The translations under genes and the position numbers were made by a program. A model generated the notes under the pieces. It worked only from the letters and a program-made list of their open reading frames with translations. It ran no database searches and was not told where the DNA came from. Shown here piece by piece: positions 12,524-25,154 of a stretch of DNA of 64,000 nucleotides. The stretch is from Eledone cirrhosa (Eukaryota), in NCBI GenBank assembly GCA_964016885.1, contig OZ024744.1:52576001-52640000 (forward strand). Reading direction: 5' to 3'. Numbering within the stretch: position 1 is the first letter of the stretch; each line of letters begins with the position of its first letter.

Positions 12524-12815
12524 AAATGAAACGAACAAAAGAAACGGAATGAAAAAAAAAAGAGAATGAAGCAAATAGGAAAATGAGAGATGGAGAGAGG
12601 GACAAATTCTACACTCCAGTCTGTGTGGTCATTCGGCCGAGCTTCACAGGCAGAATGGTGAAGGCATTGCCACGGAGAATGGTCAGCGGTACCCTCTGCA
12701 ACAATCAACCCCACCCCACCCACCTCAAGGGGGCTCTGTCCTCAGGTGGGCTGCTGCCTTTTCGATGATCGGCAGTGCGGGGACCAAGGTTACCAGATGT
12801 CTCGACGGCGACCGC
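12524..12815 (-). mobile_element. CRE-like 3' fragment, inverted homolog of 11595-11886
   Basis: AVAVETSGNLGPRTAD, GGCAATGCCTT and the TGCTTCATTCTCTTT 3'UTR are shared with the + copy. Confidence 0.7.
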
Positions 12816-13668
12816 ACAACAACTCCATATATGCAAGTATGTGTGAATGCAAGTATGTGTGATTTTCAATGATGTACGTGTGTGCACGGGCATATGTGTG
12901 TGTGTGCACGAGCGTATGTGTGTGCATGTGTCCTTAGATGTGCACGCGTGTATGTGTACGCACGCGTGTATCTGTGAATGTGTGTGTGTGTGTACACGCG
13001 TGTAAGTGTGTACACGTGTGTATGTATTAAGGAGAAATTTTCATCCATTTTAGATTTCTTTTGATGCAGCAAAGACTTGTGATGTTTCTGAAGTATAATT
13101 ATTCGGTATATTTCTCCAACCTTTCTTCCTTTCTCTTCTTCATAAACTGTAGATGACCATTTATGCTTCAATAATGTTTTCTTCATAAGTAGTATGAGCT
13201 GATTTATCTCAACTTATCTCAACGAAATACGAAATTAATATGTTTACACGAAATCATTATTAGCTTGAGAAATACAAGAGCCGGTACGTTATCATGTTTT
13301 ATATATTTAAGAGAGACTTCCCATTAAAATTGTTCAAAGATTTTAGCAAGAAACTAGATATTAGCGGGTTTGAGTCCAAATATGTGCAAATATTTGCATT
13401 GCTCTATCTGAAGAGGTCGTGTATTGTATTCAGTGTGTTAAATATGTATATAATTAAAATGTATACACGTAAAAACAGACTAGTTCTCCAAATAGTCAGT
13501 TGAGTCTAGCTAATAGAAATAGCTAGACAGACATGTATGTAAACATACAGACATACGGATAGATAGGTAGGTAGATAGTCGGATAGATAGACAAACAGGC
13601 AGACAGACAGACATATTGATAGACAGATAGGGAGGGGGCTGGATAGATTGATAGATAGAGAGCTATTG

Positions 13669-13705
<37 letters not shown>

Positions 13706-13845
13706 GGAGAGAGAGAGAGAGAGTGTGTGTGTGTCTGTGTGTGTGTGTGAGAAAGGTAACTAGATTGATAGATAGATAGAGATATACATATAGAGAAAGA
13801 GAGATTGGTAGGTGTTAGGACAAACATATGTACGTACGAAAATAA

Positions 13846-13891
<46 letters not shown>

Positions 13892-14058
13892 GTGTGTTAT
13901 AAGTAGCCTACATTCAAACATATATTCTCTAAAGTAGATGATTGAATATACACGTGCTTTGCTCTTACGTGAAATATTTTTGTTCTATTAATTTTTTTTT
14001 TTTTTACATTTTATTACTTTCGTTTATTCTCCTATTTCTTCTTCCATCTCTCATTCTA

Positions 14059-14094
14059 TCTTCTGATGAAGGACAAACTTCCGAAACATTAAGA
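14059..14094 (+). ncRNA. Minimal (Penelope-type) hammerhead ribozyme-like motif, probably decayed
   Basis: TCTT-CTGATGA-A-GGA-caaact-TCC-GAAAC-ATT-AAGA: stem I TCTT/AAGA, stem II GGA/TCC, catalytic core boxes. GAAACATT may be CpG-decayed GAAACGTT. Confidence 0.55.
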
Positions 14095-14344
14095 CACTGT
14101 TCCTAATATATGATGCGTTAAACGAATATATATATATATATATTGACCAAGTAAAAAAAAACAAAAACAAAACAAGGAGTGCAATTACGAACAGTGTTGG
14201 TAATGTAGATGAGATGACGGCTGAGAGAAAAGAGTACTCAATACCGAAGTAGAGTTTACATATTCATTTTATTAAGGCTAAAAGGTGAGTCTTGTTACTC
14301 TTAAGTTTCGACTGCTCATCACAGGGTGATCAGATTATTATTAT

Positions 14345-16790
14345 GGTTCAATTTTTGTAAATCTGAGGTCCATAGATGTTGAACGATCGGGACATTAGGG
14401 AGCTGTCAACAACACGATGACAAATATCCCTCACTGCATCTGCTTCTGTGTCTTACCTAGACAAGACTTTCTTTAAAATCCTCGTTGTACCCAGATGTGA
14501 TGTCTTCTACATAACCTGTAACCTTGCATCAATTCTGATTCTATATACACAGTCCTAAAAACGGCCTTATGTATCCCAACATCGATCACCACAGGAATCA
14601 CTAAAACCTTCTTCAACCCCCACAACATTCCAGCCTCCTCCTTCAGTAGATCAAACTTCTCCATCTTTTCATGTTCTTTATCCTTCACTCTACTATCTCC
14701 TGGGAAAGAGATATCGATAAATTGGGTCTTTTTCTTTCTTGTTCACAACTAAAATGTCTGACCTTCTTGCCTTAATCATTTTATTGCATTGAATGGTGAA
14801 GTCACACAAAAACTTAAATTGCTCATTCTCTAGCACCCAGGTCTCTGCTAATACTATTTAGTTTCTCTGACAAACTCACATTTCTCAGATATCTAATGGA
14901 TATCTATCTGGCAACATTATCATGTCGTCATTTGTACTCTCGCTGTGCTAACTTATAGTTAAAACTTTCACTTACAACATGGCTGACCGTTTCTCCTTTT
15001 GTTCAACACATTCTACATAATGGTGATTTTATCTTGGTGTCAACATGATGTTTAATGTAGTTAGTTTGAAGAGCTTGCTCTGAAGTGATGCAAATCAGAG
15101 CTTCAGTGCATCATTTCAGATCACCATTTTTAAGCTATGACCAGCCTTTTTACCAATCAATGCCTACTTTATCTCTAGTGTACTGTCTATGCAATAGTTT
15201 ATCTTTCCATTCCTTTTCAAGTTCTTTTTTCACTCTCTTCTTACATTCATTAGGTGCTACTACATCAGCAGATTTCAGATTACTTTTGACATGATGTTGC
15301 CCCTTATATTTTTAAGGTACCATACTTGGTTATTTTATTCACTTTTGACATTTTTCACAACTTATTAGTCATCTGCCTCCTTTCTTTCTTCCAAAATAAA
15401 GTCCTGCGATATCACACTTTTGGTTTTTCTGTCTTCAAACATAGTCTTTTGTGACACCACTCATTTTGTGGTGTTCCTTATGCACTCTCATCAATCTCCT
15501 AGTTTTCCTATCAATACCTTCCGATCCATTTTCCTTAATTCAATAGCTCCTACCATATAACACACGAGAGACACAACCCATGTATTCGTTGCCTTGATCT
15601 TATTCCTTCCATTCAATATAGTTTCAACCGCCTGAGGTATTCTTTCTTGTATATCTTCATTTCCTTCGCTTTGATCTTACCCGAATCAAAGACGACCAAA
15701 TATTCCTTGCTCTCCCACTTCTTTAATAGACTGGGATTTTGAAAGCTTAATCCCTCTATTCTTTGGTAGTTTCCCACAATCAGGGTTACAGCACCACATC
15801 TTTGCATTACAAACCCCATCCAAAGTCTTGACTAATCAGGTTTAAATCCACCATGAGTAACAAATGGTTGATCTTTATACTATGTAGCAAATATCGCATT
15901 TTCACTTTTGTAAGGACTTTGGTCAGGGGATTCGTACAGATGATAAATAAGAGTGGTGATAAACTGTCTCCCTGAAATATATCTCTTCGTATATTGACAA
16001 AATCTAACCTTGCCCCCTCAGGAAATTAACTCTGTCTGCCATCTGGCCCTCGGTCATTCTATGTAATCTAGTTAGACACTCTTGCATCCAACTGTGGTGG
16101 TGGTGTGTGGGGGTCATTGCATAGTCTTTCTTACAGTCCACTCACGCCATGGCTTAGTTCTTGTTTGTACCGATTTTTACAATCTGCAAGGATTGTTTAA
16201 TCAATCAGCAGTTGATCTTTTGTAACCCTGCTGTTGTTTTTGCACCCGTTCTGCTCTTCCTGTAGGATTTCGTTCTCCATAAGGAATCTCATACACAAAC
16301 TCCGAGTATAAGTTCCAAATTAGTGGCAAGCAAGATATTGTTCTAAAATTATCTACTACATTGCCATTAGCAGATTCCTTCTGACAGAACACAGTCCTGT
16401 CTGTTGGTAACCATATAGGTATCTATATTCACTCACGTTCAACCCAAATCCCTGGATACCATCAGGCCTAGGAGCTTTCCAATTAGGAATTTGTTGCTTG
16501 CATACAAACTATTCCTGTTATTTCAATATCACTTTTCTTCACATTTGTTCACATTTGTTCACTTTTCTTCACATTTGTTTTCCTTAAATTCCTTCAGTAA
16601 TTTAGCTTTCTTTTTGTGCTGTACCTCATATTCCAGATGTTTGACCAAAACCGTTTTGCTTTCTTCTGCATTCAGTGTCCCTCTTTCTTTCTAATGTTCA
16701 CCCTCGAGGACTGGGTACCCCCTTTTCTGATCCTACTGGAACATTTTATTGATGCTATAATGTTGGATTCTTTGTCCAAATCTCAACTTA
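14345..16790 (-). mobile_element. Old, heavily decayed R4/Dong element (copy E, third subfamily)
   Basis: Remnant motifs on the minus strand: NWKAP.PDG, NFRTISCLP, IFQGDSLSPLLF, KE.EK.EKF..L...LW...V.VIPVVI. 3' flank reads (TAA)3 on its sense strand (14334-14344). Confidence 0.8.
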
Positions 16791-17068
16791 GACGAATTGG
16801 CCTGCAAAAGCCTCACATGTCTATTGAATGATCGGTCAGATGAACGTTAATTTCACGGGCAGGCGGGTGACGCTGTTTCAACGTTGAAACCGGTGGAGGT
16901 CGAAAACATTTGCCTGTGAAACGGATGTGAAGCCTCGTTTTACAGAAACTTTGATCTCCCTATAAGTGTAATGATTACGGCTGAAATGCGATGGATACAG
17001 GATTAATGAATATTACACACCTGCACACACACATTTTCTTGATATAATATGTATATGCGTATGGATTT

Positions 17069-17900
17069 ATATGGCCCTTAAAGCGATGAAATGCCTGGGA
17101 CGGTTGGAGGGTCACTGATGAAGGACTTACTTTTTCATATGCACCACCATTTGCAACGCGCAGCCATCATTATTATCATATTTATACATAATTTTTCTTC
17201 TGCTGCCACTCATCTGTTTCGTTCTTTGTACCTTTTAACCTTTCTCGTTCTTTGTACCTTTTACCCTTTCTCGCAGTCTCTCTCTCTGTTAGCCTCCTCC
17301 TCAACTTTCACTCACTCATTCTCTGTCACTACCTCTCCTCCTCCTCCTTCAAGTTTGACCTGTGTGTAATTCTTTTCTCGCGCGGTCTTGACCAAGCTGG
17401 TATGGAATTTTTTTCTCTCTCTCTTTCGTCTGCGACTTCACAAAACTTATGTTTACCGAATTCGTAGACCAGACCCCTTTATCTTCTTCTTCTTCTTCTT
17501 CTTCTTCTTCTTCTTCTTCTTCTTCTTCTTCTTCTTCTTCTTCTCTTTTTTTTTCCCCCCGTCAGACCTGTGCGAAATTCTTTCCTTGCTCACATTTCAA
17601 CCAGGTTTGATGGTCTTTTGTATCTTGTTCACGATTTCACCGAGTTTATATTCATAGAGATCTGGGACTTGTCTATTTCTTCTCACTTTCCGTTGCTTAA
17701 ACCTTTTTGTTTGTTACCCTGGCGTCCCCTTTGTTTACGTGTCCCAACGACTTTTTTTAGCCGTTGTTCGCACCAACCTGAGGCATATGGCCCTTAAAGC
17801 GATGAAATGCCTGGGACGGTTGGAGGGTCACTGATGAAGGACTTACTTTTTCATATGCACCACCATTTGCAACGCGCAGCCATCATTATTATCATATTTA
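17069..17900. repeat. Pair of identical 116-bp direct repeats (17069-17184, 17785-17900) flanking a 600-bp pyrimidine-rich interior with (TTC)n
   Basis: ATATGGCCCTTAAAGCG...CATTATTATCATATTTA occurs twice exactly. Confidence 0.9.
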
Positions 17901-18139
17901 CACATATATATATATATATATATATAAGTAGTAACACAACTGTTAGTTCACCATACCGAGAACAATTGTTTCACCTTATGCGGAACTTCAGCTCGGACTG
18001 ATCATGGTTATACGGAACAGGAAGAACAACCGTATGAACGCCGCGCATGCACAGAAACTTCTACCAAACTCGCCCCATGGACTGAGTTCTCTACCACTAC
18101 GGATATTACCTTCCAGTGTTCTACCTCTCCCCCTCTATG

Positions 18140-18226
<87 letters not shown>

Positions 18227-18415
18227 CTCCGGTGTGGAGATTAGGCAAACCACAATCAGAGTAGTACTCAATACATGGCTGAGTCATAACTGCGAACTCA
18301 GGCGGTTTCAACTTAAACTCCGCAACTTTATTTAGGTTAAGCTGACGCCACTCGAGCTCTTGGTCGGGTCACCCCATACTTAATATATATATATTAATAT
18401 ATATATATATGTGTT

Positions 18416-18492
<77 letters not shown>

Positions 18493-18914
18493 ATGTATAT
18501 ATACCAACACATATACATTATATAAAAGTGTTCGTATGCACATATACATATATGGGCGTATGGATACATTTAGATACACATGCATATAATATGAAAACAT
18601 CCTGTATGCGTTTGTGTATATATCTACTTAGACCTATATGCATATTTTATTAACTTGCATGTTAACAAACACACACGTGCTCTAATCTTGTGTGTCTATG
18701 TGCATATGCGCGCGCTCACGTGTGTGCATGAAGAAATGTGTATCTGTAGATGTGCGAGTAGATGTATGTGTGCTTGTATATTATATTCTTTATGATCTAC
18801 TTAACACGCTATGCTCCCATTATTGGCATGTTTATCTGATGACAATTGTGATAGTGGTAGGAGTGTTTGTGCTGAGGTTGATGGCAATAATGTTGATGAT
18901 GATGAAAATGTTGT

Positions 18915-18967
18915 TATCGACCTTCTCACCACAAATTGATGGCCTTGTGTCTAAATTAGAAATCATT
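18915..18967 (+). mobile_element. 3' tail fragment of SINE family 1
   Basis: CACCACAAATTGATGGCCTTGTGTCTAAATTAGAAATCATT. Confidence 0.6.
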
Positions 18968-18977
18968 TCTATTATTA

Positions 18978-19200
18978 AAAGGGCGGTAGATTGGTAGTAC
19001 GGTAGAGCGTCAGACACCCTGCCTTGCAGCATAGAGTTATGTCCCTTTACATTCTGAGTTCAAATCTCACCGATGTTAGCTTTGCTTTTCATCCTTACGA
19101 GGTCGATAACATAAAGACCAGTAACACACTTGTGTCGATTTAATCGAATTTAGCCACCCACAATATTGTTGACCCTGTGCTTAAAGTAGAAACAATTATT
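18978..19200 (+). mobile_element. tRNA-derived SINE family 1
   Basis: A/B boxes, TTTCATCCTTACGAGGTCGATAA core, tail ..TGTGCTTAAAGTAGAAAC(ATT)n. Confidence 0.85.
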
Positions 19201-19206
19201 ATTATT

Positions 19207-19490
19207 GAAAGGTGAATGAATGTGGTGAGAATGGCTCGAGTGAATTGATGAGTCTACTCTGAACATGCGGCTCCATAGGCTGGAGCGAGATTCGAGAGGA
19301 GTGGGGAGTGGGGGCACCTTCCTATGGTGATCTTAGAGATTAGGGTGATGTAGGGTTTCTTGCGGGGTGATCCCTGGGTGGTGCTTCTTGCTATTGGGGC
19401 ATATTTATTGTTATGGCTTTATTGTTTATTGTTTTATTTGGTGTACTGAGTCATATTTTTTGTTTTTTTTTACCATTTGTTCTATTTATG
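19207..19490 (+). mobile_element. Short Tx1 3' fragment inserted after the SINE (ATT)n tail
   Basis: Encodes ER*MNVVRMARVN, homologous to the ORF2 end ERWVREARMARVN. 3'UTR motifs GGGCACCTTCCTATGGTG and CTATTGGGG match the 52840 element's 3'UTR. Confidence 0.7.
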
Positions 19491-19605
19491 ACGTTACAAC
19501 ATTCTTAAATGCGTGGTTTTTGTTGCGGTGCTAGTGGTAGTAGCAGTATTAACGCTAATAGTAGTGGTATTGGTGTTGATGGTTGTAGTAGTGGTGGTGA
19601 TAATG

Positions 19606-19666
<61 letters not shown>

Positions 19667-19669
19667 AGA

Positions 19670-19705
<36 letters not shown>

Positions 19706-19708
19706 AGA

Positions 19709-19747
<39 letters not shown>

Positions 19748-19758
19748 TAGTGGTAGTA
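19606..19758 (+). repeat. (AGT)n microsatellite
   Basis: Direct reading. Confidence 0.95.
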
Positions 19759-20254
19759 GATTTGTTGTAGTTGTTGTTGCGTAACCTCAAGTTCAGCCTG
19801 GTCAAGCAGAAGTATGACAAAGTTCTTGCAGCCATCAGTTTGTAAGTGCTATCAAGAAACGCCATCAACTCTTTTGCTGGAGTTGGTGTTAAAATTCCAG
19901 CAAAAATGTCAGCCATTATGGGGGTGAGGAGGAGGGGTGTCAGGAAATCAAGTTTAATACCAGCTTTCTCAATCATTGCTGAAGTTTTCTGGAACTGATC
20001 CCACGCATGTACACACAAACATACACACACACACTCTCTCTCTATCTCTCTCTCACACACACATGCACACACCCATATAAATGCATATACATATATATGA
20101 GTATATTGCGAAACCCCTAAAGGAACCAAATAAATATATATATTTTTAAAAAAAATAAGACTTCAGTTGCATTTTCGATTTCATCTCTTTTTCTTTATAC
20201 TTTCACTCGTGTAGGACACCTCGGTTATTTTTCATTTTGTAAAAAAAACCTCAC

Positions 20255-20298
<44 letters not shown>

Positions 20299-20557
20299 AG
20301 ATCAAAAGATGGTTAAAGGAGTTCAATATATTTTATTATGCGCATTTCAAAAACAAACATCATCAAACAATAATATTTGTGTTTTCATCAGATAAAACAG
20401 GAGAACATGATATGAAGGCTAAAAAAACACTTGTTGATAGTGCAGTTTTAAATCAACATATCTTATATTATGCATACTCCAGTCCCACAAACTGTAGAGT
20501 GCATCTTATCCGATATCTGCATTGCTTTATTGTACTACAATAAAACTCACCTCCTAC

Positions 20558-20806
<249 letters not shown>

Positions 20807-20883
20807 CATATATACATATATACACACATTGCCTACATACATATGTACCTACATACCTATATACCTACAAACATACATATATA

Positions 20884-21145
20884 GTGAAGGCACATGGCTT
20901 AGTGGTTAGCGCATTAGGCTTGCAATCGAAAGGTTCTGAGTTCAATTCTCGGACCGGATGATGTGTTGTGTTCTTGAGCAAAACACTTTATTTCACGTTG
21001 CTCCAGTTTACTCAGCTGAAAATGAGTACCAGCAATAGCTGGAGGTTTAACCCTGCGATGGACTGGCGTCCTGTCCAGGGGGGTGTCTTGTACTCTCAGT
21101 CGCTTCACGCCATGAAACCGGGATAAGCACTGGCCAAATGAGCAT
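20884..21145 (+). mobile_element. tRNA-derived SINE family 2 (V/CORE-like), full length
   Basis: A-box TGGCTTAGTGG, B-box GAGTTCAATTC, then GTGTTCTTGAGCAAAACACTTTA and AACCCTGCGATGGACTGGCGTCCTGTCCAGGGGG. Confidence 0.88.
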
Positions 21146-21953
21146 ATATAGATGCACGCATACATACATATATACATCCATACACAAATACATATGTATA
21201 TACATATATACTTACACACATATACACACATATATAAATGTAGATGCATATATACGTACGAACATACATATATTTATACATGTATACATATATGCATGCA
21301 TATACATGTAGATGTATATACATACATATATACATACATGGTGGCTGTCAACTCGTTTTCGAGTACGGCCACTACTTATATCCATGTAGGAAAACCCCTA
21401 CCGATGCGCTGAACGAGTGTGACTTTTAGTCCAGCCAGCAACTTGAAAACTCTGGTACAAACACTACACTTGTGACAATTATTGACACATAGTGCTGGGC
21501 CCATGGTACCATGTGACCACAAGTGCAGAGAGATCTCCAGATATAAAGCAATGCCTGTGCTATGAAGCTTTTATAGTGAGCAAAGGCACTGCACAAAGCC
21601 AATCCCACTCTCTTAACCAAGATGATATTTACCAAAAAGTAGAACAAGTCAACATCATTGGATACCATCAGGGTTTCAGGTGTTATATCAGAGTTTTGCT
21701 TCTCCTAGAATTCTGTCTTGACAAAGGCTAAGGGGTCATCTCTCCCGGTGATTTTGGATGGCCATTGACTCTTAAGAGCTCCTTTGCCCTTTGACAGGTT
21801 TTGTTTTTAGTCCTGCAGGATGTCCATACATACATACACACAAACATACATACATACCTACATATATACATACATTCATATGTACACACATACATACATA
21901 CATATATGCATACACACATACATACGCACATACATACATATATGGATAAATAC

Positions 21954-22037
<84 letters not shown>

Positions 22038-22204
22038 GCATACAGACATACATAAAGCTGAGAAAGGTATATTTTCATAGTATTGGATATCAAACAAAGT
22101 ATTATCTGCTCAGCAAACGATCAACACTGATTAATGTATGGATACCAAAGTCTATTTATCTATGAATCGGATAAATTAGTTTGAGAAGTGCATACACAAT
22201 GCGA

Positions 22205-22430
22205 CACGGTGAACCTCCGTCGGTTGCGATCGATGACGAGCTTTCGATTTGTTCTATCAACAGAACATTCAGTTCATGAAATTATGGTGTGTTTGTTTGA
22301 GCATTTGTCAACGTAATATTTTCGGGTAGATTTAGCCTGACACAGGGTGGGACATGGCTGCCTTTTCAGTTAGAGATACATTCCATCCGAAGGGCTTCCT
22401 GACAGCTTCTGTCTACCCGGTTTCACTCAA
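22205..22430 (+). mobile_element. Decayed interspersed repeat fragments (SINE body/RTE-like tail)
   Basis: GAAATTA.GGTG..TGAGCA segment is similar to the reverse complement of 16828-16865. Family assignment is from memory of cephalopod SINEs only. Confidence 0.35.
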
Positions 22431-22499
22431 TATGCTGCGTCAGAAGGCTAAGCAACATACACAATTATATACATCATTGTGATTTCATGAGATTATTAC

Positions 22500-22680
22500 G
22501 GTGAATTGGCAGTATCGGAAGAGGGTTGGACGCCATGCTTTCCATAAGAGTTACGTCCCTTTACGGTCTCAGTTCAAATACCGTCTAGGTTCACTTTGCC
22601 TTTCATCCGTACGGGGTCGATAAAATAAAGTACCAGTAATGCACTAGGTAATTGCTGGCCTTGTGCCAAAAGTATAAACA
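22500..22680 (+). mobile_element. tRNA-derived SINE family 1 with 8-bp TSD
   Basis: A/B boxes, core and tail GGCCTTGTGCCAAAAGTATAAAC. ATTATTAC at 22492-22499 and 22681-22688. Confidence 0.88.
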
Positions 22681-23622
22681 ATTATTACATAGATGCATAC
22701 ACATAGAGATATATACACACCGGCAGATAACACATGTGTATACACATGTACACATACACACGCACATTATATATACTCTACTATGCATTGAGTACCTTAC
22801 TTACTGTGGTTACTCCCGATTGAACCCGGAATACACACACACGCACATACACACACACATACACACATACATATATAAATACATACACGTACAAACACAA
22901 CAAACAAGAACATATGTGTACACAATGGCACATACACACACACTTATACATACATATACACCCATCTCTACACACTCCCACAAACAACACGTACATGAAG
23001 GCGCCCTCACACTGTTATAAATATACATGAACACACATGCACATACACACATCCCCTATAATAACTATACACAAACATACACGCATAAACAACATACATA
23101 ACCACACACACACCCACACAAACTAGCGCACACACACACCCACACGTACTCACACAGACACACACATATACTCTTATAACTATTCACAAAACGCACGCGC
23201 CGGCACGCCGTCACCCGCCTGCCAGACCGAGGAGACCGCCCGTCCGCCTGCCCGCCGGTTAGCACACGCAAATATATAGAAGCAAAAATAGCAAAAACAG
23301 CAACAACAGCAAGAAAACCGACAAACAAACTTAAAATAAAAGCTAACAACCAAAACAAAACAACTTCAAATAACAGTGGAAGTTGTGTCCACATATAAAG
23401 CATACAATCTTGAATATATTTAAATATACTCGACAAGCATATAGAAACAATACATGGTATGTATAATTTATGAGTCTTTATTGAATATATATACGAAAGT
23501 TTGTATTATACAAATATGCACATATAATTTTACACATAATTACACAATCTGAATTATGTACATATGTACATATTTGAATACCTAGCAAAAACACTTAACA
23601 AACTTCACACACACACACATAA

Positions 23623-23659
<37 letters not shown>

Positions 23660-23960
23660 TGCGTGTGTATATATATATATATATATACATGTATAAACAT
23701 ACACATACGCATACATGCACACGTACATGTACGAGTATACGCATATGCATACACGCATGTATACACAAGTCTTGTAGCGATATCTGTATCCATATGATAT
23801 ATAGACAGACACAAACATACACAGATACACGCCCCCCCCACCCCCCACCCCCATATAAATAAACACACAGACACAGAGACACACACACACACATACACAC
23901 ACGCACGCGCACACGCATACATACCTACATACATACACACACACACACGCACACACACCC

Positions 23961-23999
<39 letters not shown>

Positions 24000-24360
24000 C
24001 AGACATTTATTATTTATTTATGAAAATGAAAACAAATATAACACTATTTGAATAAAGTACTGAAGGAACTCAATACGGTATTAAAAGTGGAGTTAAATAT
24101 TTATACATTCCTGAATGCATGATCTCCATATATCCATACGCACATGATCACATACTCACATACTCACTCATACACACACACACACACACACACACGAATA
24201 TATATATATATATACATACATATATACATACATATATACATACATATATACATACGTACATACATAGATACATGCATGCATACATTCATATATACATACA
24301 TAAGTATATATATATATATACACAGACATATATGGATACATACATATATATCTATATATA

Positions 24361-24428
<68 letters not shown>

Positions 24429-24566
24429 TATATAGATAGATACATACACCAAAGAAAATGGTTGCAGTGCTTTACGTATACTGAGGGCTCATTCAGTCAA
24501 TGTTTCAACAAATTACATAGATGTGTATACATAGAACAGCCTCTTCAGTACAAACACACACATATA

Positions 24567-24692
<126 letters not shown>

Positions 24693-24910
24693 ATTGTGTG
24701 TGTGTGTGTATAGTATCATTTTGCATGGCTGTATGTACATACGATGTATGTAAATATAAATGTGCATATATACACAGTCTGCTGACATGATTACCTTCAC
24801 TGAGCAAGTGGCATTGGACGGTGTTTGGTTGTTAGTTGTTGTTGTTGTTACTGTTGTTGTTGAAGTGTGATTGAGACAGATACACCACTGTCAAGGAATT
24901 CATCAACACC

Positions 24911-24944
<34 letters not shown>

Positions 24945-25154
24945 CTTTCTCTATCTCTCTATCTCTTTCTTCCCTCCTCTTTCTCTATCTCCTCCCCCTC
25001 TCTCAGTCTCGCTCAACCCCTCTCAGTAACCATATTGTGGTACCCGAATAAACAATGATCAAATCGTGTCTGGTCACGGCACAACTTTTTTTCCCGTCTT
25101 CTTCATATTGTTCTTATTTTTATGTATGTCTAATGTGATGTGATGTAGTAAAAT

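Noticed and set aside
19494-20129. 211-aa minus-strand ORF as a host exon
   Set aside because: Mostly (ACT)n and (GA/GT)n repeats. The middle part resembles a decayed interspersed repeat and has no recognisable domain.
20320-20395. Further hammerhead-like remnants on the minus strand
   Set aside because: Core nucleotides and stems are too degenerate to support.
20884-20960. tRNA gene
   Set aside because: A/B boxes run into a SINE body with no acceptor stem. The same applies to the SINE family 1 heads.
23190-23262. Short GC/CpG-rich patch as a promoter
   Set aside because: About 70 bp, looks like degenerate CCGC/CCTG simple repeat within CA-rich sequence, with no adjacent gene.
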